A stretch of 64,000 bases of DNA from Candidatus Geothermarchaeum rappei (GCA_002011085.2 MTMB02000001.1:41820-105819), one strand, 5' to 3'; positions 49,827-59,700 are shown, counted from the first letter of the stretch. The notes: generated from the letters alone by a model not told the origin. Made by a program: numbers and translations.

Positions 49827-50355
49827 TTCTCCTCCTCAGCTCCCTCCATATTACAAGTGGAATGCCTTCTCTATTTTTGTGTGTAATCATATACAATATA
49901 GTCTCCTTATCTGTCTTATAGTCCTTTGAAAGAGTTGTGCTTAGTTTATAGTGGATGGTTAATACAGCCGGTTTATCTGACTTAAGAACCTTCTTAATAA
50001 CCTCCTTAAATTTCTTTGATGTCAACTCCATTGGACCTATCTCATCTATAATAATAAAATCACTATTGTTGAGGGCTCTCTCAATAGCGGCGACACCAAT
50101 CCTCTCTAATGTATCTACATTAACCCTATATTTTCCTACTCTAGGCCCGTCTTTAAAATCAACATGGGCCAATGTCCCAATCTCCTGTGTGTCTAATGTC
50201 AATATTTTGAATCCTACCCTTCTACCACCTACCCTTTCTTCTAGGGTAATGAATCCACCCACTTTATATCCATATAGCTTAAGCGTTTCGTAAATCTTCA
50301 TTACTGCTGTTGTTTTACCAGAACCCGGTGGGCCCGTTAGGAAAATCTTTATCAT
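49813..50355 (-). CDS. Nucleoside-triphosphatase THEP1-like (COG1618)
   Basis: P-loop LTGPPGSGKTT, Walker B IIIDEIGPMEL. 180 aa. Overlaps the rnhB start. Confidence 0.75.
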   Translation of the reverse strand: MIKIFLTGPPGSGKTTAVMKIYETLKLYGYKVGGFITLEERVGGRRVGFKILTLDTQEIGTLAHVDFKDGPRVGKYRVNVDTLERIGVAAIERALNNSDFIIIDEIGPMELTSKKFKEVIKKVLKSDKPAVLTIHYKLSTTLSKDYKTDKETILYMITHKNREGIPLVIWRELRRRIGGG

Positions 50356-50489
50356 TTTCTAATAATAGACATTAAGAAGTGAGATATTATAAATAATCAT
50401 TTAGGCATTTCCAATTTACGGGAGGCTAAGCATCTCTGGATAGTAATTAGACGCGTGTGTTGAGACAATAACTTGAGGTGGCTAGACCA

Positions 50490-51605
50490 ATGGCGAATAA
50501 GTCCCTGGACACGATACAGGAGGGTAAGGCCAAGATAATTCTACCAGAGAATGTATTCTATAATAAAATGGCTCGTTTCTCCCGTTCCATGGCTATACCA
50601 ATAATAATTTATGAGTCGATATTGAGGGATACACCACTTATTGTAGCAGATGCCCTAGCTGCATCTGGAGTCAGAGGCATCCGTTATTATCTGGAGTCAG
50701 ACGCTATAGATAAAATAGTTTTTAATGATAGGTCATATGCAGCGTATAAAACAATCCATCAAAATGTATGTTTAAATAAAATCGATAGTTACGAAATATT
50801 TAGGTTCGATGCCAACACCTTCTTATCAATATATGGAGAAGGAGCCTTCGACTTTATCGATATAGACCCCTTTGGATCCCCTTCACCGTTTATTGAGACT
50901 GCTGTTAGATGTATTAGAAACGAGGGTATAGTAGCAATCACCGCAACTGATTTAACCGCTTTATGCGGGTTATACCCTCGTTCAGCCTTTAGAAAATATG
51001 GGGCTGTAGTCTACAAAACTGGTTTCTGCCATGAAATCGCATTACGTCTCTTGATTAGAAACGTGGTCGAAGCAGCTGGTAGGCAGTTTAAGATAGCTTC
51101 TCCCGTGATATCCTATTTTTCCGAGCAGTATGCCCGGGTGTACCTTAGGATTCGTAGAGGGAAACTCAGCTTCCCATATGATGCTATCGGTTACATAATT
51201 ATTAATGAGAATGAGATCAAGGTGGTTGAAGCATTTAAGTTTGATGGCGTGGTCGAAGGTAGTGTAGTAGGTCCCTTATGGATAGGTCCTCTTCATGATC
51301 CTAGCTTTGTGAAAAATATCTTGGACAGGGAGCTGTTCAACTACATCGGGGAGGCGGAGGATAGGAGTAGGGCGGCTAAATTATTTAAGATATTCCTGGA
51401 AGAATGGAACATGCCACCCTATTTTTATAACATCCACAAGATGTGTAAAAAAATCGAGATATCGCCTCCTCCAGTAAACGATATTATCGAGAGGCTGAAG
51501 TCCCTCGGTTATAAGGCTTCACGAACCCACTTCACTGGCTACGGAATAAAAACAGATTCTTCTTTAGAGGATCTATTAGATGTTTTACGTGATTTAGGCC
51601 GGTAA
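50490..51605 (+). CDS. trm1: tRNA (guanine26-N2)-dimethyltransferase Trm1
   Basis: Motifs IQEGKAKI...VFYN, DALAASGVRGIRY and IDIDPFGSP. ATG at 50490 preceded by GAGGTG (alternative GTG at 50478). Confidence 0.85.
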   Translation: MANKSLDTIQEGKAKIILPENVFYNKMARFSRSMAIPIIIYESILRDTPLIVADALAASGVRGIRYYLESDAIDKIVFNDRSYAAYKTIHQNVCLNKIDSYEIFRFDANTFLSIYGEGAFDFIDIDPFGSPSPFIETAVRCIRNEGIVAITATDLTALCGLYPRSAFRKYGAVVYKTGFCHEIALRLLIRNVVEAAGRQFKIASPVISYFSEQYARVYLRIRRGKLSFPYDAIGYIIINENEIKVVEAFKFDGVVEGSVVGPLWIGPLHDPSFVKNILDRELFNYIGEAEDRSRAAKLFKIFLEEWNMPPYFYNIHKMCKKIEISPPPVNDIIERLKSLGYKASRTHFTGYGIKTDSSLEDLLDVLRDLGR

Positions 51606-52216
51606 TACATACATATGAAATAGATCTCGGCGCTTCTCTTCCTAGATGCCCTAGGCTTGTATATCCTCACATATCTAAACCTATTCTTAAGTTTCCTCAT
51701 TATACTGTTTACCCTCCTACCTTCAAAGCTCTTCATAACTAGTATACCATCTTTCCCTAGAAAGTGTCCTGCATACTCTAGTACCTTCATATTATAATCA
51801 TAGATAACCTCCGTATCCAACTCCCAGATCCCCGTTATATTTGGGGATAGGTCGCTTACAATTACATCAGCCTTATTCTCGCCAAGTGCCTCCTCGATCT
51901 TAGCGATAGTATCTTCCTCAAATATATCGCCTTGTACTAGAACCACATTAGGTACTTCTTCAAACGGCTTTATAGGATTTATATCAACTCCTATCAGGAG
52001 CCCGTCTATACCTATCCTATTAATAATATACTGTAGCCATCCACCGGGGTATGCCCCTAGATCTATTACCCTATCCCCCGGTTTAAATATGCCAAACCGC
52101 TTGTCAATATTCTCAAGCTTAAAATATGCCCTACTCCTAATTCCCTTCTTCTTAGCTAATTCATAAAATGGATCACGTTCCGCCTTTCTTCTTCTCCACT
52201 TTTTTGTCATTCTCAT
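51539..52216 (-). CDS. rlmE: 23S rRNA (uridine-2'-O)-methyltransferase RlmE/FtsJ
   Basis: Motifs SRAYFKL, VIDLGAYPGGW and VVSDLSPN. The 3' end overlaps the convergent trm1 end by 67 nt. Confidence 0.85.
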   Translation of the reverse strand: MRMTKKWRRRKAERDPFYELAKKKGIRSRAYFKLENIDKRFGIFKPGDRVIDLGAYPGGWLQYIINRIGIDGLLIGVDINPIKPFEEVPNVVLVQGDIFEEDTIAKIEEALGENKADVIVSDLSPNITGIWELDTEVIYDYNMKVLEYAGHFLGKDGILVMKSFEGRRVNSIMRKLKNRFRYVRIYKPRASRKRSAEIYFICMYYRPKSRKTSNRSSKEESVFIP

Positions 52217-52457
52217 CAGTTCCCATATTTATATGTTCCTTATATTTGTTTAACGCCCATTCCTCAATATGCTGACACTTTATTAAATACTCGGGATATC
52301 TTGAAGAGCATTCCGAATCATATTGGCAAGCTGTGCAAAATAGGTCTTTTATAAAGTTAATCGCCTTTAGCCTTGTCTCGGGCCTAACTGTCCTAATATA
52401 CCTAATTTTTTCACCTTCAATAGGTGTCTCAACTTCCTCCTTACTCATCTCTATCAA
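52173..52457 (-). CDS. Hypothetical small Cys-containing protein
   Basis: 94-aa ORF with C-x2-C-x6-C-x12-C (CTACQYDSECSSRYPEYLIKC) and a Lys-rich tail. Overlaps the rlmE start by 44 nt. Coding status unproven. Confidence 0.35.
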   Translation of the reverse strand: MIEMSKEEVETPIEGEKIRYIRTVRPETRLKAINFIKDLFCTACQYDSECSSRYPEYLIKCQHIEEWALNKYKEHINMGTDENDKKVEKKKGGT

Positions 52458-52487
52458 CTTCTCTATCCTTTAAAATATTCAGGTCTA

Positions 52488-52530
52488 ACCGAGTAAAATA
52501 ACTCGGTAGGTAAAAAGAGCTTGTTAAAAA
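52488..52530 (-). terminator. Possible terminator downstream of the TFB-like gene (two T5 tracts followed by a 7-bp hairpin on the minus strand)
   Basis: The plus strand shows ACCGAGT-aaaata-ACTCGGT (52488-52507) and A5 runs at 52512-52516 and 52526-52530, which read as T5 on the coding strand after the stop at 52591. Confidence 0.3.
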
Positions 52531-52590
52531 TTTCCCTTCACCAAAAATATATTTATACATATAGAAAATATAAGTGAAATTGTTGATAAT

Positions 52591-53445
52591 CTATATATTT
52601 ATCTCAATCTGTACCTTTCTCAGGATCTCCTTAACCATCTCTCTAAGAGGAATCTCGGTGATTCCCGCTAACTTAGCTGCTTCTCTCTGCGTGACGTTAT
52701 ATTCATAGAGTTTATATGCTATATATGCTATGGCTGCAAGGATGGTTTTCTTTGTTCTCCCTATTCCGATCTTTTTGTTCCTAGTTTCTTCATATAATTT
52801 TTTCATAAGCTTCTCTACCTTTTCATCTCTTCCATACTTCCTCCTAAATTTCGAGAGTACCCGAATCTCCTCCTCCTTAGGTCTACCAGGAATCTTAATC
52901 CCCAGCGTCTTCACGATTTCTTTATATGCTTTTCTAATGTCCTTAGCCGTTATATTCTCGGGTGCATATGTCTTCTCAACCTTCTTGAGGGGAAATATCT
53001 GAGTATTATTCAGTTTTGTTGCTAATAGTAGGAGTGCCAAAGCAAAGACCCTCTTCCTCCACCTATGTTTTCTGCTTGAGTTCTTACTAAGATATAACTC
53101 CAATAGTCTTTCGGCTGTCTTTATATCCACCTTCTTTATAGTAGGAAAAACATACTGGATTTCTTCAAACAACATATGTATCTCCTTCTTATAACGCTCG
53201 GCACTGGTCTCATACATATGCGGGTAGGGATATCCCCAACGGGATTGATGTGTCGTGGTTACATTAGCTCCTCTTCTTCTAGGCGCTGTGTCCTCAACTG
53301 ATTTAAAAGGTGGATCCGACCTTACATGAGCTACACTAGGAAAGACATATCCGCATGTGAGGCATATGTATGTATTTTGAAGCCTATCAAAAGTATGTTT
53401 CTTACCTCCGCATATTGGGCAGCTGAGTGTCTCTTTTTCGCTCAT
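52591..53445 (-). CDS. Divergent transcription factor B (TFIIB-like) paralog
   Basis: N-terminal Zn ribbon CPICG-x15-CLTCG. Two cyclin-like repeats. C-terminal HTH TQREAAKLAGITEIPLREMVKEIL resembles the TFB BRE-recognition helix region. No recognisable B-reader/B-linker motif. Confidence 0.55.
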   Translation of the reverse strand: MSEKETLSCPICGGKKHTFDRLQNTYICLTCGYVFPSVAHVRSDPPFKSVEDTAPRRRGANVTTTHQSRWGYPYPHMYETSAERYKKEIHMLFEEIQYVFPTIKKVDIKTAERLLELYLSKNSSRKHRWRKRVFALALLLLATKLNNTQIFPLKKVEKTYAPENITAKDIRKAYKEIVKTLGIKIPGRPKEEEIRVLSKFRRKYGRDEKVEKLMKKLYEETRNKKIGIGRTKKTILAAIAYIAYKLYEYNVTQREAAKLAGITEIPLREMVKEILRKVQIEINI

Positions 53446-53681
53446 CTTCTCCTCCTTCTTTTAATATAATAGACATGTGCCCCTACATATTTCTCAGGGT
53501 TTTTCACAGTTGGCTTAGCAACTAGATACGGCTTGTTTATAGGCCCTATGACGTCGACTACGATACCTATCTTCTCCCCCCTTGAATCGACTAGAGTCGT
53601 CTCTGGTATCAGCTTATCTCTAGCTTCAATTACAAATACTTTGCTCTTCGTATAGTGCAATATAACGCCTGCCTCTTTCAT
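53442..53681 (-). CDS. gar1: H/ACA RNP component Gar1
   Basis: 79 aa. Motifs GIVVDVIGPINKPYLVAKP and a basic RRRRR tail. Confidence 0.8.
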   Translation of the reverse strand: MKEAGVILHYTKSKVFVIEARDKLIPETTLVDSRGEKIGIVVDVIGPINKPYLVAKPTVKNPEKYVGAHVYYIKRRRRR

Positions 53682-53804
53682 AATACAAGTCTCCTCATAC
53701 CCCTAACAACAAGAATAGTTTTTAGGAGTTTTCTTTCACTAAGAATTATTTTTTACATAACATAAATATAACTCCTTAGCCTTCTTCTCCGAATTATAGA
53801 GGAA

Positions 53805-54101
53805 CTATTTTCCGCCTCGCATACGCCTTATCTCTTTCGCTATCTCTCTAATAATATCCAGTTTCTTCCCAGCGTCCTTGCTAATCATTATATAACCATT
53901 ATCCTTGATCCACCAACAAGATGGATACCTGGCTTTTTTAAAACTAGCTACTTGGAACCCAAGTTTCCGAGCGGCGGTGACCAGCTCCTCCAACTTTGGA
54001 TTCTGGACACACTCTCTCTTAGGCAGTTTCCTACCTCTCTTTCTAGAAAGATCCTGATTGAAATATACTGTCCATATAACAAAATTTTCTTTGTTCCTCA
54101 C
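53805..54101 (-). CDS. srp19: Signal recognition particle protein SRP19
   Basis: VIWTVYFNQDLSRKRGRKLPK N-terminus. 98 aa. Confidence 0.85.
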   Translation of the reverse strand: MRNKENFVIWTVYFNQDLSRKRGRKLPKRECVQNPKLEELVTAARKLGFQVASFKKARYPSCWWIKDNGYIMISKDAGKKLDIIREIAKEIRRMRGGK

Positions 54102-54484
54102 TCCGTCAACAACCTTGCATTAATAACTCCATCTTGACCGGGCCTAGAAACTACTATCGCCCTACCTAATTCTGTCTTAATTAGTGCACCTTTAGTAATA
54201 ACTCCCCTTCTACTATATTCTCTATTCGCCCTATTCTCAATAACCTCTAAAATCCTAGTCTTTACAACTTTCTTCTCTTTAGGGTTATACACATTTGCCC
54301 ATTCAGCACGAAGTAGCCTAATCTTTAAAAGCCCTCCCTTAACTTTCTCCACCTTTATCTTGGTTTCACCTAGTCTAGTCTCAGCAGGTATACCGCCTCT
54401 CTCGTATTTCCTCTTTCCCCTCCATATGAGTCTCTTTCCACCAGTCTTCTTCCTCTTATGTAGATCCCAATGCCACTGAACCAT
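54098..54484 (-). CDS. rps8e: 30S ribosomal protein S8e
   Basis: N-terminus WHWDLHKRKKTGGK. 128 aa. 4-nt overlap with srp19. Confidence 0.9.
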   Translation of the reverse strand: MVQWHWDLHKRKKTGGKRLIWRGKRKYERGGIPAETRLGETKIKVEKVKGGLLKIRLLRAEWANVYNPKEKKVVKTRILEVIENRANREYSRRGVITKGALIKTELGRAIVVSRPGQDGVINARLLTE

Positions 54485-54538
54485 TATGAATCAACCTCCT
54501 CTACTACACTGTTTAATTTTAAACAGAGGAGATATTAT

Positions 54539-55096
54539 TTAAATATTAGGTTTTTTAACTATCTTTTCCCGCTTCTTGCCACGTCTACTCCTTATAAGTG
54601 CTTCAGCCTCTTCTCTAATTATAACGGTAAAACCAGTGTCCTCGCTTTTCTTGGTGACTAAACCCAGTCTAATAAACTTCTTGACGTCTCTATATACTCT
54701 ATTACCAAATATATCTTTTAACCGACTGAGCTTAACTTTCTTCCTTGTATAGATATATGCCAGTACCTCCAACTGTTTCTCGGTTAGAGGCGGTGGCCTC
54801 ATCAGGTTCTTAACCTTATCTATATATCTATCCTTGATCTTCGGAAAATAATGTTTTCTACGTCTAACTATCTCTAGACCGATCATTTTAGAATTGAAGT
54901 GTTTGACATAGGCCTCCATTATCTCCTCAGCTTCCTTACGTGAACCGAGTTTTAGTACTGAGACGATAGTATCTAGGCTAACCGGCTTAGATGCCACATA
55001 GAATAGTGCATCTAGTGTCCCAATTATCTCCTTATTCAACGGGGATGATGACGATGTCCTTGGCAACTCCATCCTCCTCAATGAAATCAACATCAA
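54539..55096 (-). CDS. scpB: Segregation and condensation protein B (ScpB)
   Basis: Two winged-helix-like halves (LDALFYVASKPVSLDTI... and LTEKQLEVLAYIYTRKKVKLSRLKDIFG). Lies downstream of scpA/smc. Confidence 0.65.
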   Translation of the reverse strand: MMLISLRRMELPRTSSSSPLNKEIIGTLDALFYVASKPVSLDTIVSVLKLGSRKEAEEIMEAYVKHFNSKMIGLEIVRRRKHYFPKIKDRYIDKVKNLMRPPPLTEKQLEVLAYIYTRKKVKLSRLKDIFGNRVYRDVKKFIRLGLVTKKSEDTGFTVIIREEAEALIRSRRGKKREKIVKKPNI

Positions 55097-55631
55097 TTAC
55101 TCCCTCAACATATAGGAATAGTATGGCGAAGATAACTAAATATGGTGAATAATTGTCCAGAGTCTTGATTATATCAGATAATAAAATACTTTTTTTAAAT
55201 ACTTTATAGGCGTTTTTAATCAATTCTCCAATCTCCTTGGCCTTTTCTTCAATTAATCTAGTGTCACTATAGTATTCGGCGATGTCTGGGGCCTCCTCGG
55301 GAACAGGTGCGAGTCTAAGCCTATTCTCAATTATTTCCTCAAGTCTATCCAATATGTGGCTTAAGTCGATGTATGTCTTACCGACTACGGTCTCGACCTT
55401 AATATCTGGGAGTCTGAGTAGAATTTCCTCCTGATCTAATCTCCCTATCCTACTTACTTTACTCGGCTTAGCTATTTTCTCGATGGTATCTATCTTTCTC
55501 TTGTAGATGAAAGCCGCGTTATCAGCAGCGTATCCAGCTATCACAAAATTAAGGTTCTCTTTTTGAAACATCTGGAGAAGTTCTTCCAACTCGCGTACCA
55601 AGTCTATTTTCCATGGATTTATCCTCATCAA
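55032..55631 (-). CDS. scpA: Segregation and condensation protein A (ScpA kleisin), short form
   Basis: N-terminus INPWKIDLVRELEELL is typical of ScpA. Located between smc and scpB. 199 aa. Confidence 0.55.
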   Translation of the reverse strand: MMRINPWKIDLVRELEELLQMFQKENLNFVIAGYAADNAAFIYKRKIDTIEKIAKPSKVSRIGRLDQEEILLRLPDIKVETVVGKTYIDLSHILDRLEEIIENRLRLAPVPEEAPDIAEYYSDTRLIEEKAKEIGELIKNAYKVFKKSILLSDIIKTLDNYSPYLVIFAILFLYVEGVIDVDFIEEDGVAKDIVIIPVE

Positions 55632-55671
55632 TCTCTCTCTCGACTCTAGGATTATCGAGTATTTATCCCGT

Positions 55672-58600
55672 TTATCTATTTCTAAGCACCTCCGAAATCC
55701 TCTCTTTCGGAATCACTATTGGTCTACTGACACCGTTTCTAAAGAATATTGTTATCAAGTAGTCAGCCATCTTGGCCAATATCTCATCCCTCGGTAGTGT
55801 AACGAATATTATCTGGCTCTCCTCCTTCTGAGAGACTATGGCTTGGGCGAAGTGATTCAAGTTCCTTGGATCAACATGCGCATCTATCTCGTCTAGTAGG
55901 AAGACTACATTACCCGGTATCGAGTATACAGATAGGAGGAATAGTATTATGAGTAGAGACTTTTCTCCTCCACTCAACGAGAATATAGGCAGCCTGGGCT
56001 TACCCTTCAACTCGACATATAATATTATCCCACTGTTTATATCATCCGGATTCTCAAGGTCCATGACTATCTTAGACTCTGGAAATACGCTGTAGAAGAG
56101 TTTCTCGAACTTTGCCTTTATCTTTTCAAACCCTTCTCTAAATACCCTCTCCTTCTCATCATCTATCTCACGTATAAATTCTAATATCGCATTTCTCTCT
56201 TTCTCTAGCCGACTCTTATTCATAGAGAACTGTTTGTAAGGCTCTATTCTCCTTAGATATTCTTCCCTCGCCATGGGAGTCGGGTAGTTTTCATCCCTAT
56301 TTATTTCATCCATTTCATCCATGTATTCTCTGATCATAACATCTATTTCCTCGGGCCTAGATACTCCAGGTACATGCACAGGCTCTAGATAACCTTCTTC
56401 AGCTCTCTTCTCTCTAAGCATATTTATCTGTGTAGAGAGGCTCTTTATGTCTCCCTTGATCTCAGAGATTCTTATTTTAACCTCGTTCAGCCTCCTATTA
56501 TACTCCACCCACTTCCTATTTATCTCGCTTCTCTTATGCTTCAACTTCTCGAGGCGCTGCTTTATACCCTCAGTCTTTTCTACGAATTCATCGATCTCCT
56601 TATTTATCTCCTCCAGATATTTCTCTTTCTCACGTATTTCCCTCTTAATGCTTGATATCTCCTTCTTTATCCTATCTATCTCATCAACCTTCTCTCTAAT
56701 CGACTCCTTAATCTTATCTCTATTCCTCTTTATTTCTTGAATAGCTTCCCTCGTACTATTTATAAACTCATTGTTCCTGGATAATATGTTCTCTATTCCA
56801 ACAATCTCAACCTCAATCTCCTTCTTCTCTTCCTCCAGCTTACTTATTCTCATTCTATAATCGTCGATAGTCCTATCGAGTCTAGAAACCTCGCTAATAT
56901 ACTCCTTCTCCACCTTAGCCAGCTTCTCCTTCTTCCCCCCTTTCTTTAAGTTCCTCAGTATCTTATTTCTACGCCTCTTGTAATATACGTGGAAGCTCTT
57001 CAGGAACTTCATGTTTTCATTCATTATTTTAATGGTCTCTTCAAGCCTCACTCTCTCTGAAATAAGTTTAATTAGGTTATTCTCAATATGGTCTATCTCA
57101 CTCTCCAGCTTATCCAAATCATCTTTCCTAAGAGTTATCATATCTTTAAACGTCTTGTAGATATCCTCCAACTTCTCCAGATCCTTGGTTATAATTATCC
57201 TCTTCTTCTTTCCCTCATATATCCAGGAGTCAGCAGTAATCATGAACTCTCCTTTCTTATGTATCACACTTAATCCTTGAGATAGATATCGGTAACCTTC
57301 CTCGGGATCAGTAATTATAACTAGGTTTCCAAATAGCTTTGTTAGTAGGGGCTTCATCTTACCAGGATATTTTATAACGCTCAAAACACTTTTATCGTGT
57401 GGTTTTTCGCTGGAAACATACCTAGATACTGGTTTTATCATGACTTTCTTATTCAGTTCATAGGAGACTTTAAATAGTTTCTCGGCTGTATCCACATCAT
57501 CCACAATTATACTATACCAGTCCCTCCCCAATGACTCTTTAAGAAGTGACACTATATCTCTAGGACCCTTTATCCTCTCCCCTAGGATGCCGATGACTCC
57601 CTTGATATTCATATCACTCGCTATTTTCATGATGTACCTTGCATCGGATTGATACTCAATATCCACTGTCTTCTTCTCTCTCCTTATTTTATCTATGTAT
57701 TTCTCAACCTTCCTAAGGAGTTTCTCAGCCTCCCTGATCTCCTTCTCAATCTTCTCCTTTCTAGCCCTAAGCTTATCATATTTCTCCTTCAGTTTTTTCT
57801 CCCTATCCTTTATCCCACTAAGTTTTTCCTTGATCTCGTTCAACTTACTCTCGAGACTCTCCATATTCTTCTCGAAATGAGCCAGTTTATCCTCCAGCTC
57901 TTTCAACCTATCTCTGTATAAGTCCTCTATCTTCTCTAGGGCAAGGATCTCCGCCTGCTCCTTAATCTTTTCCATAAGTGTCTTGTCCCTCTTCGAGATC
58001 AACTCTTTTTTCTTACTGAATATCCCACCTAATTCTTTCTGAAGCCTTTCAATCTCCTTCGTTATCTTCTCCTTCTCCGTATTCAGTGTATTAAGCTCCT
58101 TTTTAAGCGATCTATTTGTCTTTACAATCATCTTCAACGAATCAGTCTTTTCCTTAATCTGATCCCTAACATGATTTAATTCTGACCTCAAGTACTCTAA
58201 CTCCCTCTCCTCTCTCTGGAGAGCTGTTTCCTTAAGACTAAGGAGATTCTTCTTGTTGGCCAAATCAGTATTGATATTTGATCTTTCTCTAAGCATTTTA
58301 CGGTATTGTTCAATGCCTTTCTCCTCTAACTCCTCCTCCAATTCTCCGATTTTCATCTCTACACTGTGTATTTCATTCTCAAGTTGGGTAATTCTCCTCG
58401 CATATCTACTCTCTTTCTCAGTTAGATCCTCCAACTCTTCCTTCTTCTTATTTATCTTCGGCTCCAGCCCCTCGATCTCCAAAGTATATTTAGCAGCTTT
58501 TAGCCTCCTCAGAACCCTCTCGATATTCTCTTTTCTCTCAAGATTAATCATTTGATGAAGAAGTCTAGATACCATTTCCTTAAGTATTTCTTGTTTTTCA

Positions 58601-59178
58601 TTCAGGGCCTCCAGCTTAGCCTCAGCCTTCTCCAGCCTGCTTAACGCCTCGGCTTTCTTCTCATCGAATTTAGCGATCCCCAACGCATCATCTATCAATT
58701 GTTTAAGGTCCTTGGGAGTGATGTTCGCCTGATTAAGTATCCCACCCTGGGGTATATAGACATAGTGGAACCCCCCACCGCCTAATGTCAGCAGCTTCGA
58801 GATGTATGTCCCCCTACTTACCCGCTTCTTATTATAATAGTATAAATGTGCATTATCCCTGGGGCGAAAAACCCTCTTGAAAATATGTTCCTTACCCTTA
58901 TCATCAACAATTGTAAGTGTTACCGAGACTTCAAATCCTTTTTTAGTCACGTCTACACCATGGGGATTATGAACTATGTCAATAAACTTATTTGCCCTAA
59001 ATAGCTTGAGGCTCCTCTCACCTAATCCAAATAATATGGCCTCTATAGAGTTTGATTTACCTGTTCCATTAGGCCCTACAATGGTGTTTATACCATCGCT
59101 AAAACGTATTCTAGCGTTTTTATAAGTCTTATAATTAGTAATTTTAACTTCCTTGATGTACGCTCTCATTATACTCAT
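55672..59178 (-). CDS. smc: Chromosome segregation protein SMC
   Basis: Walker A GPNGTGKSN, long Glu/Lys-rich coiled coils, hinge region (IKGVIGILGERI...IVDDVDTAEKL), signature LSGGEKSL, Walker B FLLDEIDAHVD. 1168 aa. Confidence 0.92.
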   Translation of the reverse strand: MSIMRAYIKEVKITNYKTYKNARIRFSDGINTIVGPNGTGKSNSIEAILFGLGERSLKLFRANKFIDIVHNPHGVDVTKKGFEVSVTLTIVDDKGKEHIFKRVFRPRDNAHLYYYNKKRVSRGTYISKLLTLGGGGFHYVYIPQGGILNQANITPKDLKQLIDDALGIAKFDEKKAEALSRLEKAEAKLEALNEKQEILKEMVSRLLHQMINLERKENIERVLRRLKAAKYTLEIEGLEPKINKKKEELEDLTEKESRYARRITQLENEIHSVEMKIGELEEELEEKGIEQYRKMLRERSNINTDLANKKNLLSLKETALQREERELEYLRSELNHVRDQIKEKTDSLKMIVKTNRSLKKELNTLNTEKEKITKEIERLQKELGGIFSKKKELISKRDKTLMEKIKEQAEILALEKIEDLYRDRLKELEDKLAHFEKNMESLESKLNEIKEKLSGIKDREKKLKEKYDKLRARKEKIEKEIREAEKLLRKVEKYIDKIRREKKTVDIEYQSDARYIMKIASDMNIKGVIGILGERIKGPRDIVSLLKESLGRDWYSIIVDDVDTAEKLFKVSYELNKKVMIKPVSRYVSSEKPHDKSVLSVIKYPGKMKPLLTKLFGNLVIITDPEEGYRYLSQGLSVIHKKGEFMITADSWIYEGKKKRIIITKDLEKLEDIYKTFKDMITLRKDDLDKLESEIDHIENNLIKLISERVRLEETIKIMNENMKFLKSFHVYYKRRRNKILRNLKKGGKKEKLAKVEKEYISEVSRLDRTIDDYRMRISKLEEEKKEIEVEIVGIENILSRNNEFINSTREAIQEIKRNRDKIKESIREKVDEIDRIKKEISSIKREIREKEKYLEEINKEIDEFVEKTEGIKQRLEKLKHKRSEINRKWVEYNRRLNEVKIRISEIKGDIKSLSTQINMLREKRAEEGYLEPVHVPGVSRPEEIDVMIREYMDEMDEINRDENYPTPMAREEYLRRIEPYKQFSMNKSRLEKERNAILEFIREIDDEKERVFREGFEKIKAKFEKLFYSVFPESKIVMDLENPDDINSGIILYVELKGKPRLPIFSLSGGEKSLLIILFLLSVYSIPGNVVFLLDEIDAHVDPRNLNHFAQAIVSQKEESQIIFVTLPRDEILAKMADYLITIFFRNGVSRPIVIPKERISEVLRNR

Positions 59179-59226
59179 TAAATATTCATTTTATATATTA
59201 ATTTAAAAGATATGTGACTTTAGATA

Positions 59227-59700
59227 TCAAATATCGACTCCGAGCTTTCTAAACGTATCCCTGATTTTAGTCCAGTGAGAGCCTTTCCAGTATATTTTTC
59301 CACAGTTTTCACATACATAAACCATCTTATGGTTATTTTTTACATGAGCCGGTAGATCCAAGTCTCTACTCTCCCTCTGAACTAGAACGGTATTGCATAC
59401 AGGACACCTATATTTCAGGCTATCTACATAGGTGTTTAAATCAAGTATATTAAATATTTTCCTCAGCTTTGTTTCGGTATTCTCTCCAGATGTGTATATC
59501 GCTCTAATATATCTCCTAATAGCCCTCTGGTAAAGTTCCCTATCAGATGTCAGTAACACTCTACTCTCATTCTCAGCTATCTCTAGGAGTTTGTTATCTA
59601 GGTTATCTCCAGTGAAATATAGGCAATCAAATCCAATGATACGCAACCATCTTGCAATGTCTCCATTCATTTCATCAGCTAAAAATTTTGGAGGAGTCAT
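59227..59700 (-). CDS. Mut7-C (DUF82) PIN-like RNase domain protein with C-terminal zinc ribbon
   Basis: N-terminus KFLADEMNGDIARWLRIIGFDC. C-terminal CPVCN...CENCGKIYWKGSHW. Confidence 0.7.
   Translation of the reverse strand: MTPPKFLADEMNGDIARWLRIIGFDCLYFTGDNLDNKLLEIAENESRVLLTSDRELYQRAIRRYIRAIYTSGENTETKLRKIFNILDLNTYVDSLKYRCPVCNTVLVQRESRDLDLPAHVKNNHKMVYVCENCGKIYWKGSHWTKIRDTFRKLGVDI

Noticed and set aside
51539-51605. 67-nt convergent overlap of the trm1 and rlmE 3' ends as a possible annotation error or antisense regulation
   Set aside because: Both ORFs have strong family motifs up to near their ends. The rlmE tail (YYRPKSRKTSNRSSKEESVFIP) may be a real basic extension or a slightly late stop. 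Sequence alone gives no evidence for anything beyond compact gene packing.
55672-59178. Reading the SMC / small kleisin / ScpB cluster plus the adjacent Mut7-C nuclease as a Wadjet-like (JetABCD) defence system. Also the many 60-100-aa ORFs antisense to smc (for example 56447-56740, 57649-57921, 58253-58555).
   Set aside because: SMC has canonical length, hinge and ATPase motifs. The partners match ScpA/ScpB in size and motifs rather than JetA/JetB, and no Toprim JetD-like gene is present. The antisense ORFs are Ser/Leu/Phe-rich artefacts of the Glu/Lys-rich coiled-coil coding sequence.
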